NCBI GenBank assembly: GCA_963698075.1
Contig: OY969116.1
Location: 19,881-83,880 of the forward strand
Source of the DNA: an uncultured Candidatus Berkelbacteria bacterium
Lineage (GTDB): Bacteria; Patescibacteriota; UBA1384; UBA12157; JAENIV01
Reading direction: 5' to 3'
Length of the DNA: 64,000 nucleotides
The notes beneath the pieces were generated by a model. The model saw only the letters and a program-made list of their open reading frames with translations. It was not told the origin of the DNA and ran no database searches. Shown here one piece after another: positions 1-9,650 of the stretch (the stretch's first letter is position 1; each line of letters starts with the position of its first letter). The position numbers were made by a program, and so were the translations under genes.

Positions 1-1508
1 ATGCTTCAGACATGTTTCCCTTAGCCACCAATAAACAATACTATCAAGTTCTCGCCATACCTAGCAATATCAAAAATCCGGCTGACGTTGCTGGAAGATT
101 AGCGCCTATTTTAGAAATTTCTGAGGATGAGATTTTTTCTAAGATTAATAATGATAAAAATTACGTCCCGCCCTTAAAACATGGTCTTAGCGAAGAAGAA
201 GGTGATAAAATTGCTAATCTCAAACTTCGAGGCATTGTTGTTTTGCCAGAATCATCTCGTTTCTATCCGGAAGGAGAATTGGCCTCTCAGATTTTGGGAT
301 TTGTTAACGATGCTGGTAATGGCCAATATGGTGTTGAAGGTTATTTTAATGATGAGTTAAAGGGTTCGGGAGGTCAAATTACGGCCGAAAAAGATGTTCT
401 TGGGCGTCTTTTTAACATTGGCGCCCGCACCCAACCAGAGAATGGCACCGATTTTATTTTAACTTTGGATCATAATATTCAGTATCAGGCAGAACAAGTT
501 TTAGAAGAGGCAATTAAAAAATATAAAGCCGATTCCGGCTCAATCGTAATAATTGACCCCCAAACTGGCGCTGTTTTAGCCATGGCTGGCGACCCAACTT
601 TTGACCCGAATAAATTTAATGAAGTGTCCCAAGACAATCAAGATGTTTTCAATAATCAGAGTATCGCTAAACCATGGGAGCCGGGTTCAGTTTTTAAACC
701 GCTAATTATGGCCGCGGCCATTAATGAGGGTAAAGTCCAACCTGAGACTGAAGGCGTTTTTTCCAATGTGGTGACCGTAGATAGCTACGAGATTCATACT
801 TCAACCGATCAAGCTTATGGACGGGAAACAATGACCCAGGTTTTGGAAAATTCTGATAATGTTGCCATGGTTTGGGTTTCGGAACAGTTAGGCAAAGATC
901 TGGAGTATAAGTATCTTAAAGATTATGGGTTTGGCCGTAAATCAGGCATCGAAATGGATACGGAAAGCCCCGGCGAAGTTTTAGATTTAAAGCAGTGGTC
1001 TAATACTCAAAGAGCCACGATTGCTTTTGGTCAGGGTATTGCCGTTACCCCCGTCCAGCTCGTCACGGCTATGGCCTCAATCGCCAATGGGGGGAAATTG
1101 ATGAAACCCTATATTGTTTCGGAAGTCACCAGCAGCGATGGTCAAAAAGATGTCCGCCAGCCTCAAGAGGTGAAACGCGTCTTAAATACTGACGTTGCCA
1201 ATAAAGTGAAAGATATGATGGTTTCCGTGGTGGTCAATGGCCACGGCAAAAAAGCCGCCGTCCCTGGCTACAAAGTCGCCGGCAAAACTGGTACGGCTCA
1301 AGTCCCCGCGCCAGGTGGTGGATATTATAAAGACCGTCATATCGGTTCATTTGTCGGTTTCGCCCCGGCCGATGATCCGAAATTTGTGATGTTAGTCCGT
1401 TTAGATCAACCAAAAAATGTTGATTGGGCCGAAAGTTCCGCCGCCCCAACTTTCGGCGAGCTGGCCAAGTGGCTGTTGGATTATTTTCGCGTGCCGCCCA
1501 CGGGATAG
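1..1508 (+). CDS. ftsI: penicillin-binding protein 2 / FtsI-type transpeptidase (5' end cut by window edge)
   Basis: Reading frame is open to base 1. PBP dimerisation region is followed by transpeptidase motifs SVFKP (SxxK), SDN (SxN) and KTGT. It leads a dcw-type cluster. Confidence 0.85.
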   Translation, partial: ASDMFPLATNKQYYQVLAIPSNIKNPADVAGRLAPILEISEDEIFSKINNDKNYVPPLKHGLSEEEGDKIANLKLRGIVVLPESSRFYPEGELASQILGFVNDAGNGQYGVEGYFNDELKGSGGQITAEKDVLGRLFNIGARTQPENGTDFILTLDHNIQYQAEQVLEEAIKKYKADSGSIVIIDPQTGAVLAMAGDPTFDPNKFNEVSQDNQDVFNNQSIAKPWEPGSVFKPLIMAAAINEGKVQPETEGVFSNVVTVDSYEIHTSTDQAYGRETMTQVLENSDNVAMVWVSEQLGKDLEYKYLKDYGFGRKSGIEMDTESPGEVLDLKQWSNTQRATIAFGQGIAVTPVQLVTAMASIANGGKLMKPYIVSEVTSSDGQKDVRQPQEVKRVLNTDVANKVKDMMVSVVVNGHGKKAAVPGYKVAGKTGTAQVPAPGGGYYKDRHIGSFVGFAPADDPKFVMLVRLDQPKNVDWAESSAAPTFGELAKWLLDYFRVPPTG

Positions 1509-1580
1509 TTCTTTACAAAGAATGCTAAAAAGAATGCCCAGCAGAGAGATCTACTGGGCAGGTCAGGAATAATGGGCCGA

Positions 1581-2342
1581 TTAGGTGCCGGGTGGTTGGA
1601 TGAAGTACGGCTCGGGGCGGTAGGGAACTGGCGGAAACCGGAGCGATCTTTTGGCTTCGGCTATCCTCGCCTGGCGTTCATCGAGGAACCGTCCCTTATA
1701 GAATCGGCAGTCGAGCAAGGCCGCGAAGGCCCAGTGGCCGTATTCTCGTGCCAGGTAGTGACTGTAAGGTAATCCCAGGCATCCGCGGCCAGATCCGGAA
1801 GACCATTTGACGAAAGGAACCTCTGGGATGCAATATTTGAAATACACCCCGGCAGGTATCAGATGTGGCCAGTTAGAAACGGGAACGATGAGGTCGTAAT
1901 GAAGGAGGAATTGTCGCGAGATTCTGATATCCTCGGCCGTGTGAGAGCTGACCTGCTGGCCGATGACAATCGCGCTTTCGATATTGCGGCGGCCTCGATC
2001 CCTGGCGAAAGTGACGACCTGCTTTTCCATGTAGTGGGCTGATGTGAGTCCATCACAGTCTGCTGTGCCGCCAGAGCAGTAGATATAGGATTCACTACCA
2101 AGACTCGCCAGCGAAAAGGCATCGATCGTTCCATGAATCCGTTCATCTGCTTCCGGAAGATATTCGCCTGGCATCTGGCCTTGTAAAGGATAGACCACGA
2201 CGCGAAGGGGACGATCTATTCCTTTCTGTCGTAAACGATGTAGTCCTGCGGACAACGCTCGTCTAAGCCGTTCCTCGTTCACCGAAGGTGCACCCCCGTG
2301 GGATGGTATTAGCCGACTTGAAATTAACAATTTCCTCGACAA
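1581..2342 (-). CDS. hypothetical protein (253 aa) encoded in a high-GC segment
   Basis: Long ORF on the minus strand inside a ~970-bp segment whose G+C is clearly higher than its surroundings. It converges on the ftsI 3' end. No motif I can name confidently; a weak resemblance to hydrolase/amidotransferase-like folds is not firm. Confidence 0.4.
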   Translation of the reverse strand: MSRKLLISSRLIPSHGGAPSVNEERLRRALSAGLHRLRQKGIDRPLRVVVYPLQGQMPGEYLPEADERIHGTIDAFSLASLGSESYIYCSGGTADCDGLTSAHYMEKQVVTFARDRGRRNIESAIVIGQQVSSHTAEDIRISRQFLLHYDLIVPVSNWPHLIPAGVYFKYCIPEVPFVKWSSGSGRGCLGLPYSHYLAREYGHWAFAALLDCRFYKGRFLDERQARIAEAKRSLRFPPVPYRPEPYFIQPPGT

Positions 2343-2478
2343 AAGTCAAGCCCCAGCACCAGAACAAAGTTCGGTGCGGGGCGCAGACCCCGCAGACGAC
2401 GCACAGCCATAACAGGACGCAGTCCGTTTGGCAGTAAGGAGTTGTGTGGGGTCAATAAATCTGATAGAATAAATCCTT

Positions 2479-3672
2479 ATGTCTAATTTTTTACAATCTT
2501 ATCTTCGTTTCTGGGCCAGCCGATATCTAAAGAAGGTCAAGCCCAAAATTATTGCCGTCACCGGTTCTGCTGGCAAAACCTCGACCAAAGAGGCAATTTT
2601 TGAAGTCTCGAAAGTTGCCTTTGGCGAGCAAGTGCGGCGGTCCGAAGGCAATTTGAATACCATCTATGGCATTCCTTTGGCAATTTTAGGTTTTAAAAAA
2701 CCGCCAGTGCCGTTGGACCGACCCTTTTCGCCCTGGCCCTGGATTCCCATAATTTTTATCGCTCCTTTTAAAGTATTTTCCAATTCGGCTACTAAATATC
2801 TGATCTTAGAAATTGCCGCCGATAAACCGGGAGATATCAAATTTACAACCAGCTACGTCAGGCCAGATGTTGTCGTCATCACCAATCTTGGCCCAGCCCA
2901 TTTAGAAATCTTTGGCACGATGAAAAAAATCATTGCCGAAAAAACCGAACTTTTAAAAGCTTTATCTTTGGATGGTTGGGCAGTTTTAAATTACGATGAT
3001 GAAAATCTTCGAAAGTTGAAGCTGGGAGATATTGTCAATATCAAAACCTATGCCATTGATGGAAAAGCGGAAATCAAAGCCCAAAATATTACAACGGAAA
3101 TAAAAGATTATCATCCAATCACCAATTTTCAAGTAATTTTCGATAACTTTAAGTTTCTTGCTCAAATTGCCACCCTTGGTCGAAAGCACAATGTTTATAC
3201 CGCTTTGGCAGCGATCGCTTGTGGGAATATTCTTAATATTGATAAAACAAAAATAATTGGAGGATTAAAAAATATTCATGGCCAAAAACATCGGATGGAA
3301 GTGTTAGAAGGAAAGAATGGCTCAATCATCCTCGATGATACTTACAATGCTAATCCTCTGAGTATGAAAGCGGCTTTGGAAACTTTAAAAATATTACCCG
3401 GGAGAAAAATTGCGGTTTTGGGAGATATGCTGGAATTGGGCGAAATTACTCAAAAAGCCCACCGAATTATTGGCGAATATGCCAAAGAAATCGTTGATGA
3501 AGTGCTAGCTGTGGGCGATTTGGCGATAAATTATCAGACCCAGAAATATTTTAAAAATAAAGAAGAGGTCATTAATTACCTTTTGAAGGAAACGAGAGTT
3601 GGTGATATGATATTAATAAAGGCTTCTCGCGGTATGGCTATGGAGAGTATTGTTGAGGCCTTGAAGCAATAA
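2479..3672 (+). CDS. murF: UDP-N-acetylmuramoyl-tripeptide--D-alanyl-D-alanine ligase
   Basis: Mur ligase P-loop GSAGKTSTKE and C-terminal DDTYNANP motif. It sits immediately upstream of mraY. Confidence 0.8.
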   Translation: MSNFLQSYLRFWASRYLKKVKPKIIAVTGSAGKTSTKEAIFEVSKVAFGEQVRRSEGNLNTIYGIPLAILGFKKPPVPLDRPFSPWPWIPIIFIAPFKVFSNSATKYLILEIAADKPGDIKFTTSYVRPDVVVITNLGPAHLEIFGTMKKIIAEKTELLKALSLDGWAVLNYDDENLRKLKLGDIVNIKTYAIDGKAEIKAQNITTEIKDYHPITNFQVIFDNFKFLAQIATLGRKHNVYTALAAIACGNILNIDKTKIIGGLKNIHGQKHRMEVLEGKNGSIILDDTYNANPLSMKAALETLKILPGRKIAVLGDMLELGEITQKAHRIIGEYAKEIVDEVLAVGDLAINYQTQKYFKNKEEVINYLLKETRVGDMILIKASRGMAMESIVEALKQ

Positions 3673-3673
3673 T

Positions 3674-4696
3674 ATGGAAACTATTCAACTTTATCTGCCG
3701 AATTTAGCGAAAATTTTTTGGTTGACAGCTCTCTCATTTATTATCGCCATAATTTGGACGCCCTTGTTTACTGATTTTTTGTATCGCAACCGTTTGGGTA
3801 AAAGGATCCGCAAAACCGGTTTCGACGAAGCCAGAGCGCCGATCTTTTATCGACTGCATAAAGATAAAGCCGACACTCCAACAATGGGCGGACTTTTGAT
3901 TTGGATGACGGCGGCGGTCATAACTCTTCTTTTTAACTTTTCTCGAGCTGGAACCTGGTTACCTTTATTTGCCTTGGTGGCTACCGGGATTATAGGAGCA
4001 ATTGACGACCTCGCTAATATCCGAGGAGGGGGGCCACAGGGGATAGGGCTTAGATTTCGTTTTAAATTACTGATCTATCTAACCATTGCTGCGGTTGGTG
4101 CCTGGTGGTTTTTCTTCAAACTCGGCTGGGATGTTTTTCATGTTCCGGGTATTGGTGATTTCTTTTTGGGCTGGTGGTATATTCCCATATTTGTCTTGAC
4201 GATTGTTTTTATGGCTTTTGCCGTCAATGAAACCGACGGTCTTGACGGTTTGGCCGGCGGAACTTTAGCGATTGCTTTTGCTGCTTATGGCATGATTGCC
4301 TTGGTGCAAGGCAAAGTGGCCTTAGCCGCTTTTTGTGGTACGGTCGTAGGTGCTATTTTAGCTTTTTTATGGTTTAATATTTATCCTGCCCGCTTCTTCA
4401 TGGGAGACACTGGTTCAATGTCTTTAGGTATGACCCTGGCCGTAGTGGCTTTTTTAACTAATTCGGTGGCAGTTTTGCCCATCATTGGTTTTATTTTTGT
4501 GATCGAGGCCTTGTCCGTGATTATTCAAATAATCTCCAAAAAAATTTTTCACAAAAAAGTCTTTTTATCGTCACCATTGCATCACCATTTGGAAGCTATC
4601 GGTTGGCCGGAGACGAAAGTGACGATGCGATTTTGGGTCATTGCGGCAGTAATGGCGGCAATTGGTTTGATGATTGCTTTAATTGGTCGGGGATGA
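3674..4696 (+). CDS. mraY: phospho-N-acetylmuramoyl-pentapeptide transferase
   Basis: Polytopic membrane protein with the MraY signature FMGDTGSMSLG and DDLANIRGG. Start is 2 nt after the murF stop. Confidence 0.9.
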   Translation: METIQLYLPNLAKIFWLTALSFIIAIIWTPLFTDFLYRNRLGKRIRKTGFDEARAPIFYRLHKDKADTPTMGGLLIWMTAAVITLLFNFSRAGTWLPLFALVATGIIGAIDDLANIRGGGPQGIGLRFRFKLLIYLTIAAVGAWWFFFKLGWDVFHVPGIGDFFLGWWYIPIFVLTIVFMAFAVNETDGLDGLAGGTLAIAFAAYGMIALVQGKVALAAFCGTVVGAILAFLWFNIYPARFFMGDTGSMSLGMTLAVVAFLTNSVAVLPIIGFIFVIEALSVIIQIISKKIFHKKVFLSSPLHHHLEAIGWPETKVTMRFWVIAAVMAAIGLMIALIGRG

Positions 4697-4942
4697 TTGC
4701 CTCGTAAGGCAAGGCATGACATTTTATTTTTAAAAGGAGATTTTATGGAAACCAAGCCATCAAAGATTGAACAAGAACCACAATTTAGTCCAGAGGCGAG
4801 AGGCCAGGAATGGATAGATTCTCATAAGCGGCAGCTAAATCAAACTTTAGCCAGCCAATTAGCGAAATTATGGGAAGGCGAAGATGTCAATTTTTTGCGC
4901 TTGGCTGTTACCCAAGTCACTGGTCAAAGAGTGGGGGAATAA
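4697..4942 (+). CDS. hypothetical small protein (81 aa)
   Basis: ORF packed directly after mraY (ATG adjacent to the mraY stop). No recognisable motif. Confidence 0.35.
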   Translation: MPRKARHDILFLKGDFMETKPSKIEQEPQFSPEARGQEWIDSHKRQLNQTLASQLAKLWEGEDVNFLRLAVTQVTGQRVGE

Positions 4943-5281
4943 ATGCCAGGGAAAGATTTTTCAACCAATTTGGAAATTATCAAAAAGTCCTTGGTTAAAA
5001 TCGGCTTTACCTTGGAAGAGGCAGAAAGTCAGCTTCAAGAGGTAGGGAAAATCGTTATTATGGCAATTTTCCAACGGCTCTTAAAAGAGCGGGCATCGGT
5101 TGAAGATTTGACGCCCCAAAATATTCAAAAATACCTTGAATCCAATTTTAACCCGACTTATCTTAAACAAGTGCTCGAATTCGAATCCAATAAAATTGTT
5201 GATGATTATCTTAAATCCGTCACCCAAGATTTGACTCCCGATATAAAACAGAACTTTTACCAAGATATTCAAGAAAATTAG
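4943..5281 (+). CDS. hypothetical acidic protein (112 aa)
   Basis: Start overlaps the previous stop as TAAATG, suggesting a co-translated pair. No recognisable motif. Confidence 0.35.
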   Translation: MPGKDFSTNLEIIKKSLVKIGFTLEEAESQLQEVGKIVIMAIFQRLLKERASVEDLTPQNIQKYLESNFNPTYLKQVLEFESNKIVDDYLKSVTQDLTPDIKQNFYQDIQEN

Positions 5282-5336
5282 ATATTAGATGACCTTAAGA
5301 CTTCTTTTCCAGGGTCTTTTTTGATAGAATAAGCTT

Positions 5337-6086
5337 ATGGAAGAGAAAATCTTCAAATTTTCGATATTGGCTAAATTTCCTGGAATTATTCATGGATTCT
5401 CCACCCGAAATTATGGTGACATGAGATTTGGTCATTTAGCCGATGAAGAGATTGTTAAAAATCGCCAGCATTTTTGCCAAAGTTTAAATATCAATTTGGA
5501 TGATATTGTCGTTGCGAGACTTATTCACGGATCAAAAATCACTACCGTTGCTAAAGAAGAAAAAGGTCGAGGCGCCCGGGATATGACCAGTGCCATTGCT
5601 CAGACTGACGGATTAATCACCAAAGAGAAGAAAATTTATCTTATGATAACTTTGGCCGATTGTATTCCTATCTTTGTTTTCGATCCCTTAAAGCAGATTG
5701 TCGGCATTGTCCATGCTGGTTGGCGAGGGGTTATCGCCCAAATTGTTGGAAGTTTGATCGCGAAATTAAAAAATTTAGGCTCAGAACCGGCAGATTTAAT
5801 CTTTGCTCTTGGGCCGGGAATTTGTCAGAAACACTTTATCGTCAAAGACGATGTTTTGGAAAAATTTAAGGAATATTATCCCTCGGCGACTTTTGTTCGT
5901 AATCACGATGGGTACATTGATTTAAGAAAAGCGATTTTGTTTGATTTAAAAAAAGAAGGGGTGGCTAAAAATAATATCGAGGTCGCTAGCGATTGCCCTG
6001 CCTGTTTAAATGGCAGATATGGCAGTTTCCGCAAAGAGGGGGCTGGCGTTCCGGCATCAGCAGCGATCATTGGGATGAGAGAATAA
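5337..6086 (+). CDS. pgeF: YfiH/PgeF-family peptidoglycan editing factor (DUF152, laccase-like)
   Basis: Family signature ITLADCIPIF and IVHAGWRG. dcw-linked position as for ylmD/pgeF in other bacteria. Confidence 0.75.
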   Translation: MEEKIFKFSILAKFPGIIHGFSTRNYGDMRFGHLADEEIVKNRQHFCQSLNINLDDIVVARLIHGSKITTVAKEEKGRGARDMTSAIAQTDGLITKEKKIYLMITLADCIPIFVFDPLKQIVGIVHAGWRGVIAQIVGSLIAKLKNLGSEPADLIFALGPGICQKHFIVKDDVLEKFKEYYPSATFVRNHDGYIDLRKAILFDLKKEGVAKNNIEVASDCPACLNGRYGSFRKEGAGVPASAAIIGMRE

Positions 6087-7441
6087 TGGAAAAATTAAAA
6101 AATCAAAAAGTTGGTGTTTTGGGTCTAGGCGATGAGAATATCGCCCTAGTTAAGTATCTGATAGAGCAAAATGCCAATGTTGTTGTATGTGATAAGCAGA
6201 GCAGGGAAGAGTTGGGCGAGTATTATCGTGAAGTGAAAAATCTGCCGGTGCAGTTCCGACTCGGGCCACACTATTTAGATCATCTAGACGATTTTAAGAC
6301 TGTTTTTCGCACGCCTGGTCTCCCCTACCTTGATAAAAAAATTCAAGAAGCTCAGAAAGCAGGAGTGGAAATTTCCTCACAAACAAAATTATTTTTTATG
6401 CTATGTCCCTGCCCTATTATAGGTATTACTGGGACTAAGGGTAAGGGTACCACAACAGCACTCATAGGCGAGATCCTAAAGTATGCTGGCAAAGATGTTT
6501 ATTTAGGTGGAAATATTGGTAAACCTCCAATATCATTCATAGATAAACTAAATAAAGATAATCTTGTTGTTTTAGAATTGTCCAGTTTTCAATTGCAAGA
6601 CTTGGAAAAATCACCCCATATTGCTGTCGTCTTGGATATAAAAATTGATCATTTAGATTATCATCAAGACGAAGCCGAATATATAGAAGCTAAATTAAAT
6701 ATCGTGCGTTTCCAAACTAAAGATGATTTTGCCGTCATCAATGCTGATTATTTGACCAGTATCGAGTTTGCCTCCTCGACAGCGGCTAAAATATGGTGGT
6801 TTTCACGGCGAAAAACAGTTGACATTGGCTCTTTTTTACTTCATGATAAGTTAATTTTAAGAACTGAAGATAAAGAAACCGAAATTATCGCTCTTAATCA
6901 AATCCAACTTCGAGGGGCTCATAATATAGAAAATATCGCTGCTGCTGCGACTGCCAGTTTTCTTGCCGGCGCTGACCTGGGAGCGATTAAAACAGCTGTC
7001 AAAGATTTTAAGGGTTTAGAACATCGCTTAGAATTTATCCGCGAAGCCCGTGGCGTCAAGTTTTACAATGATTCTTTTTCGACGACGCCCGAGACCACCA
7101 TTGCCGCCATTCAATCATTTAAAGAACCCATAATTCTCTTGTTGGGCGGTTCAGAGAAGGGCTCCGATTATCAGGAGCTTGGGAAAATTATCTCTCAAAG
7201 CAAGGTTAAAATGATTATCCCCATTGGTTTGACCGCCAGACGCATTGTCAAAGAAGTTGTCAACAATGATATTAAAATTATAGATGAAATTCAATCAATG
7301 ACTGAGGCGATCAAAATTGTTCAAGAGAACGCCCGGCCAGGCGAGGTCGTTTTACTTTCACCGGCTTCAGCTTCTTTTGATCGTTTTAAAAATTACAAAG
7401 AAAGAGGCAAAATTTTTAAAGCCGAAGTGAGTAAGCTATGA
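6086..7441 (+). CDS. murD: UDP-N-acetylmuramoylalanine--D-glutamate ligase
   Basis: Rossmann N-terminus VGVLGLG and Mur ligase P-loop GITGTKGKGTT. Start ATG overlaps the pgeF stop (TAATG). The ORF-track extension to 5993 is probably not translated. Confidence 0.85.
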   Translation: MEKLKNQKVGVLGLGDENIALVKYLIEQNANVVVCDKQSREELGEYYREVKNLPVQFRLGPHYLDHLDDFKTVFRTPGLPYLDKKIQEAQKAGVEISSQTKLFFMLCPCPIIGITGTKGKGTTTALIGEILKYAGKDVYLGGNIGKPPISFIDKLNKDNLVVLELSSFQLQDLEKSPHIAVVLDIKIDHLDYHQDEAEYIEAKLNIVRFQTKDDFAVINADYLTSIEFASSTAAKIWWFSRRKTVDIGSFLLHDKLILRTEDKETEIIALNQIQLRGAHNIENIAAAATASFLAGADLGAIKTAVKDFKGLEHRLEFIREARGVKFYNDSFSTTPETTIAAIQSFKEPIILLLGGSEKGSDYQELGKIISQSKVKMIIPIGLTARRIVKEVVNNDIKIIDEIQSMTEAIKIVQENARPGEVVLLSPASASFDRFKNYKERGKIFKAEVSKL

Positions 7442-8547
7442 GAATAAGACCTGGTAAACCTGATTATATTTTGGCACTAATTGTGTTTTTGATGTGTCTT
7501 TTTGGTATTATAATGATCTCTTCGGCCTCCATTGTTATTTCAGGGGAACGTTTCGGTGGCGATTTCTATTATGTTATCCACCAAATCATCTCTTTCGCTG
7601 TTGGATTGATCGCCCTGCTGGTAGGTTATTTTATTGATTATCGTTTTTGGCGCAAATATTCTCTGATTTTTTTTCTCATCACCATCCTTTTGCTTATTGG
7701 TGTTTTTGTTCCAGGTATTGGTAAAGAATTGGGTGGCGCTCATCGCTGGCTTGGTTTTGGTAATCTTCTTTTTCAGCCATCCGAACTGGTAAAATTAACC
7801 TTCATCATCTATTTTGCTTCTTGGCTTGAGAAAAAGGGTGAAGGAGTCCGAGATTTTTCTTCAGGATTTTTGCCATTTATTGTCTTGATAGTTATCCTTG
7901 GCTTTCTGATTATGAGCCAGCCAGATTTGGGAACTCTAAGCGTGATTGCTTTGACGGCCGTGGTCATTTTCTTTATCGCTGGCGCTCGCTACACTCATTT
8001 AGGTCTGGCGACGATTAGTGCTTTAATATTTTTTGTTATCTTAGTCAGGATTGCCCCTTATCGAATGCAGCGTTTTTTAGTTTTTTTAAATCCCAGCCAA
8101 CAGACCCTTGGCGCCGCTTATCACATTAACCAGGCCTTAATTGCCATTGGTTCAGGCGGATTTTGGGGCTTAGGTTTTGGTCAAAGTAAACAAAAGTATC
8201 TTTATTTGCCTCAGCCACATATTGATTCTATCTTTGCCATTATCGCCGAAGAACTAGGTTTTCTCAGAGCCAGTCTTATCTTGTTAGCTTACATTTTTAT
8301 CGGAGTCAGGGGTTTTAGAATTGCTCGAGAGGCGCCCGATAATTTTGCTAAATATTTAGCTGTCGGTATAACATCTTGGATAGTTTTGCAGGCCTTTATT
8401 AATATTGCGGCCATGCTTAATTTAGTGCCACTGACAGGGATTACTTTACCCTTTATTTCCTATGGGGGTTCTTCACTAATCGTTACATTATTGGCTGTTG
8501 GCATCCTCTTAAATATTTCTAAGTTTTGTCAAAAGATGGAGACATAA
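7438..8547 (+). CDS. ftsW: SEDS-family peptidoglycan glycosyltransferase / lipid II flippase FtsW
   Basis: Ten-TM SEDS protein between murD and murG. Conserved PQPHIDSIFA and GxGG loop region. Confidence 0.8.
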   Translation: MRIRPGKPDYILALIVFLMCLFGIIMISSASIVISGERFGGDFYYVIHQIISFAVGLIALLVGYFIDYRFWRKYSLIFFLITILLLIGVFVPGIGKELGGAHRWLGFGNLLFQPSELVKLTFIIYFASWLEKKGEGVRDFSSGFLPFIVLIVILGFLIMSQPDLGTLSVIALTAVVIFFIAGARYTHLGLATISALIFFVILVRIAPYRMQRFLVFLNPSQQTLGAAYHINQALIAIGSGGFWGLGFGQSKQKYLYLPQPHIDSIFAIIAEELGFLRASLILLAYIFIGVRGFRIAREAPDNFAKYLAVGITSWIVLQAFINIAAMLNLVPLTGITLPFISYGGSSLIVTLLAVGILLNISKFCQKMET

Positions 8548-9650
8548 TGCGTATCCTACTTACCGGTGGAGGAACTGCTGGGCATGCCTGGCCGATTATT
8601 CTCATCGCCCAAAGCCTCACCCGCAATAGACGAGCAAAAATTTTATATGTGGGCTCACGCCAGGGGATTGAGAAAGATTTAATTAAAAATCAATCCCGGA
8701 CTGATTTTTCCATACCTTTCCGGGGCATAATTGTTGGCAAATCCCGACCCTATTTTTCCTTCTCTAACTATTGGGACATTTTTAAAACTTTGATTGGGAT
8801 TATCCAGGCTTTTTTCATTATTATTTCATTTAAGCCCGATGTCATTTTTGCCAAGGGCGGTTACGTTACTTTTCCCATCATTTTTTGGTTAGGTTTTTTA
8901 AAAATTCCCTTAGTCATTCATGAATCAGATGTAATGATGGGTCGGGCCAATCTTTGGGCGGAAAAATTTGCCTCAAAAATCTGTCTGGGTTTTCCAATTG
9001 AGGAGTACAATGCTTTGCAAGAAAAATTACCCTTAGAAAAGTTAGTTTATACTGGAATTCCGGTAGCGCCAGACTTCTCCGAAACTCCGATTAAGACTGG
9101 TGGACATTTGAAACTTTTGATTACTGGCGGTTCCCAGGGTTCATCAAAAATCAATCAAATGATTGCCCAAATTCTGAGTGAACTTTTAAAAAAATATGAA
9201 ATCTGGCACATCGCCGGCAAACGAGATTATCTTGAACTTTTAAAATTAAAAGACAACAATTATCATCTGTATGATTTTACTCAACATTTGGCAAAATTTA
9301 TGCGTGATTCTGATTTAATAATTACCAGAGCGGGCGCTAGCACTTTAACTGAGATTGCCGCCGCTAGTAAGCCAGCAATTATCATACCGTTAGAAAGTGC
9401 CAAGGGTGAACATCAAGAGGCCAATGCCAAAATTTTCCAAGATAAAAATGCCGCGGTTGTTTTGAGTGAAAAAAACTTAACCTCTAGTTCGCTTCTTTCT
9501 ATTATTGATAACTTAATGTCAGATGAAGGGCTGCGTAAACTTCTGGGGCATCATGCCCATAGATTTTATCAACCACATGCCGTCGAAGAAATTATTGATG
9601 TTATCTTTGAATCCTCTCATGAATCGCATGCAAATTTTAAAACAATTTAA
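8547..9650 (+). CDS. murG: undecaprenyldiphospho-muramoylpentapeptide beta-N-acetylglucosaminyltransferase
   Basis: N-terminal MRILLTGGGTAGHAWP G-loop typical of MurG (GT28). ATG overlaps the ftsW stop (TAATG). Confidence 0.85.
   Translation: MRILLTGGGTAGHAWPIILIAQSLTRNRRAKILYVGSRQGIEKDLIKNQSRTDFSIPFRGIIVGKSRPYFSFSNYWDIFKTLIGIIQAFFIIISFKPDVIFAKGGYVTFPIIFWLGFLKIPLVIHESDVMMGRANLWAEKFASKICLGFPIEEYNALQEKLPLEKLVYTGIPVAPDFSETPIKTGGHLKLLITGGSQGSSKINQMIAQILSELLKKYEIWHIAGKRDYLELLKLKDNNYHLYDFTQHLAKFMRDSDLIITRAGASTLTEIAAASKPAIIIPLESAKGEHQEANAKIFQDKNAAVVLSEKNLTSSSLLSIIDNLMSDEGLRKLLGHHAHRFYQPHAVEEIIDVIFESSHESHANFKTI

Noticed and set aside
1234-1449. Antisense/overlapping short ORFs from the six-frame track (e.g. 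1234-1449, 2986-3189, 5081-5272, 7540-7743, 10152-10370, 16908-17219, 18412-18837, 19208-19423, 33191-33514, 39284-39674, 50394-50699, 56754-57043, 62251-62624, 62624-63013)
   Set aside because: All are embedded in, and antisense to or out of frame with, well-supported conserved genes. None has a motif or an RBS. They are treated as spurious.
1509-2478. RNase P RNA, tmRNA, SRP RNA or a group II intron hidden in the GC-rich ftsI-murF insert
   Set aside because: I found none of the universal motifs (GGAAAGUCCGG/AGGGCAGG for RNase P, the tRNA-like 3' end for tmRNA, GGUCCGGAAGGAAGCAGC for SRP, domain V for group II). A 253-codon stop-free frame is very unlikely by chance even at ~58% GC, so a protein-coding gene is the better reading.
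5993-6085. 5' extension of murD overlapping pgeF (ORF track starts at 5993)
   Set aside because: The extension has no homology to the MurD N-terminus. The conserved Rossmann start (VGVLGLG) follows the ATG at 6086, which overlaps the pgeF stop as TAATG.
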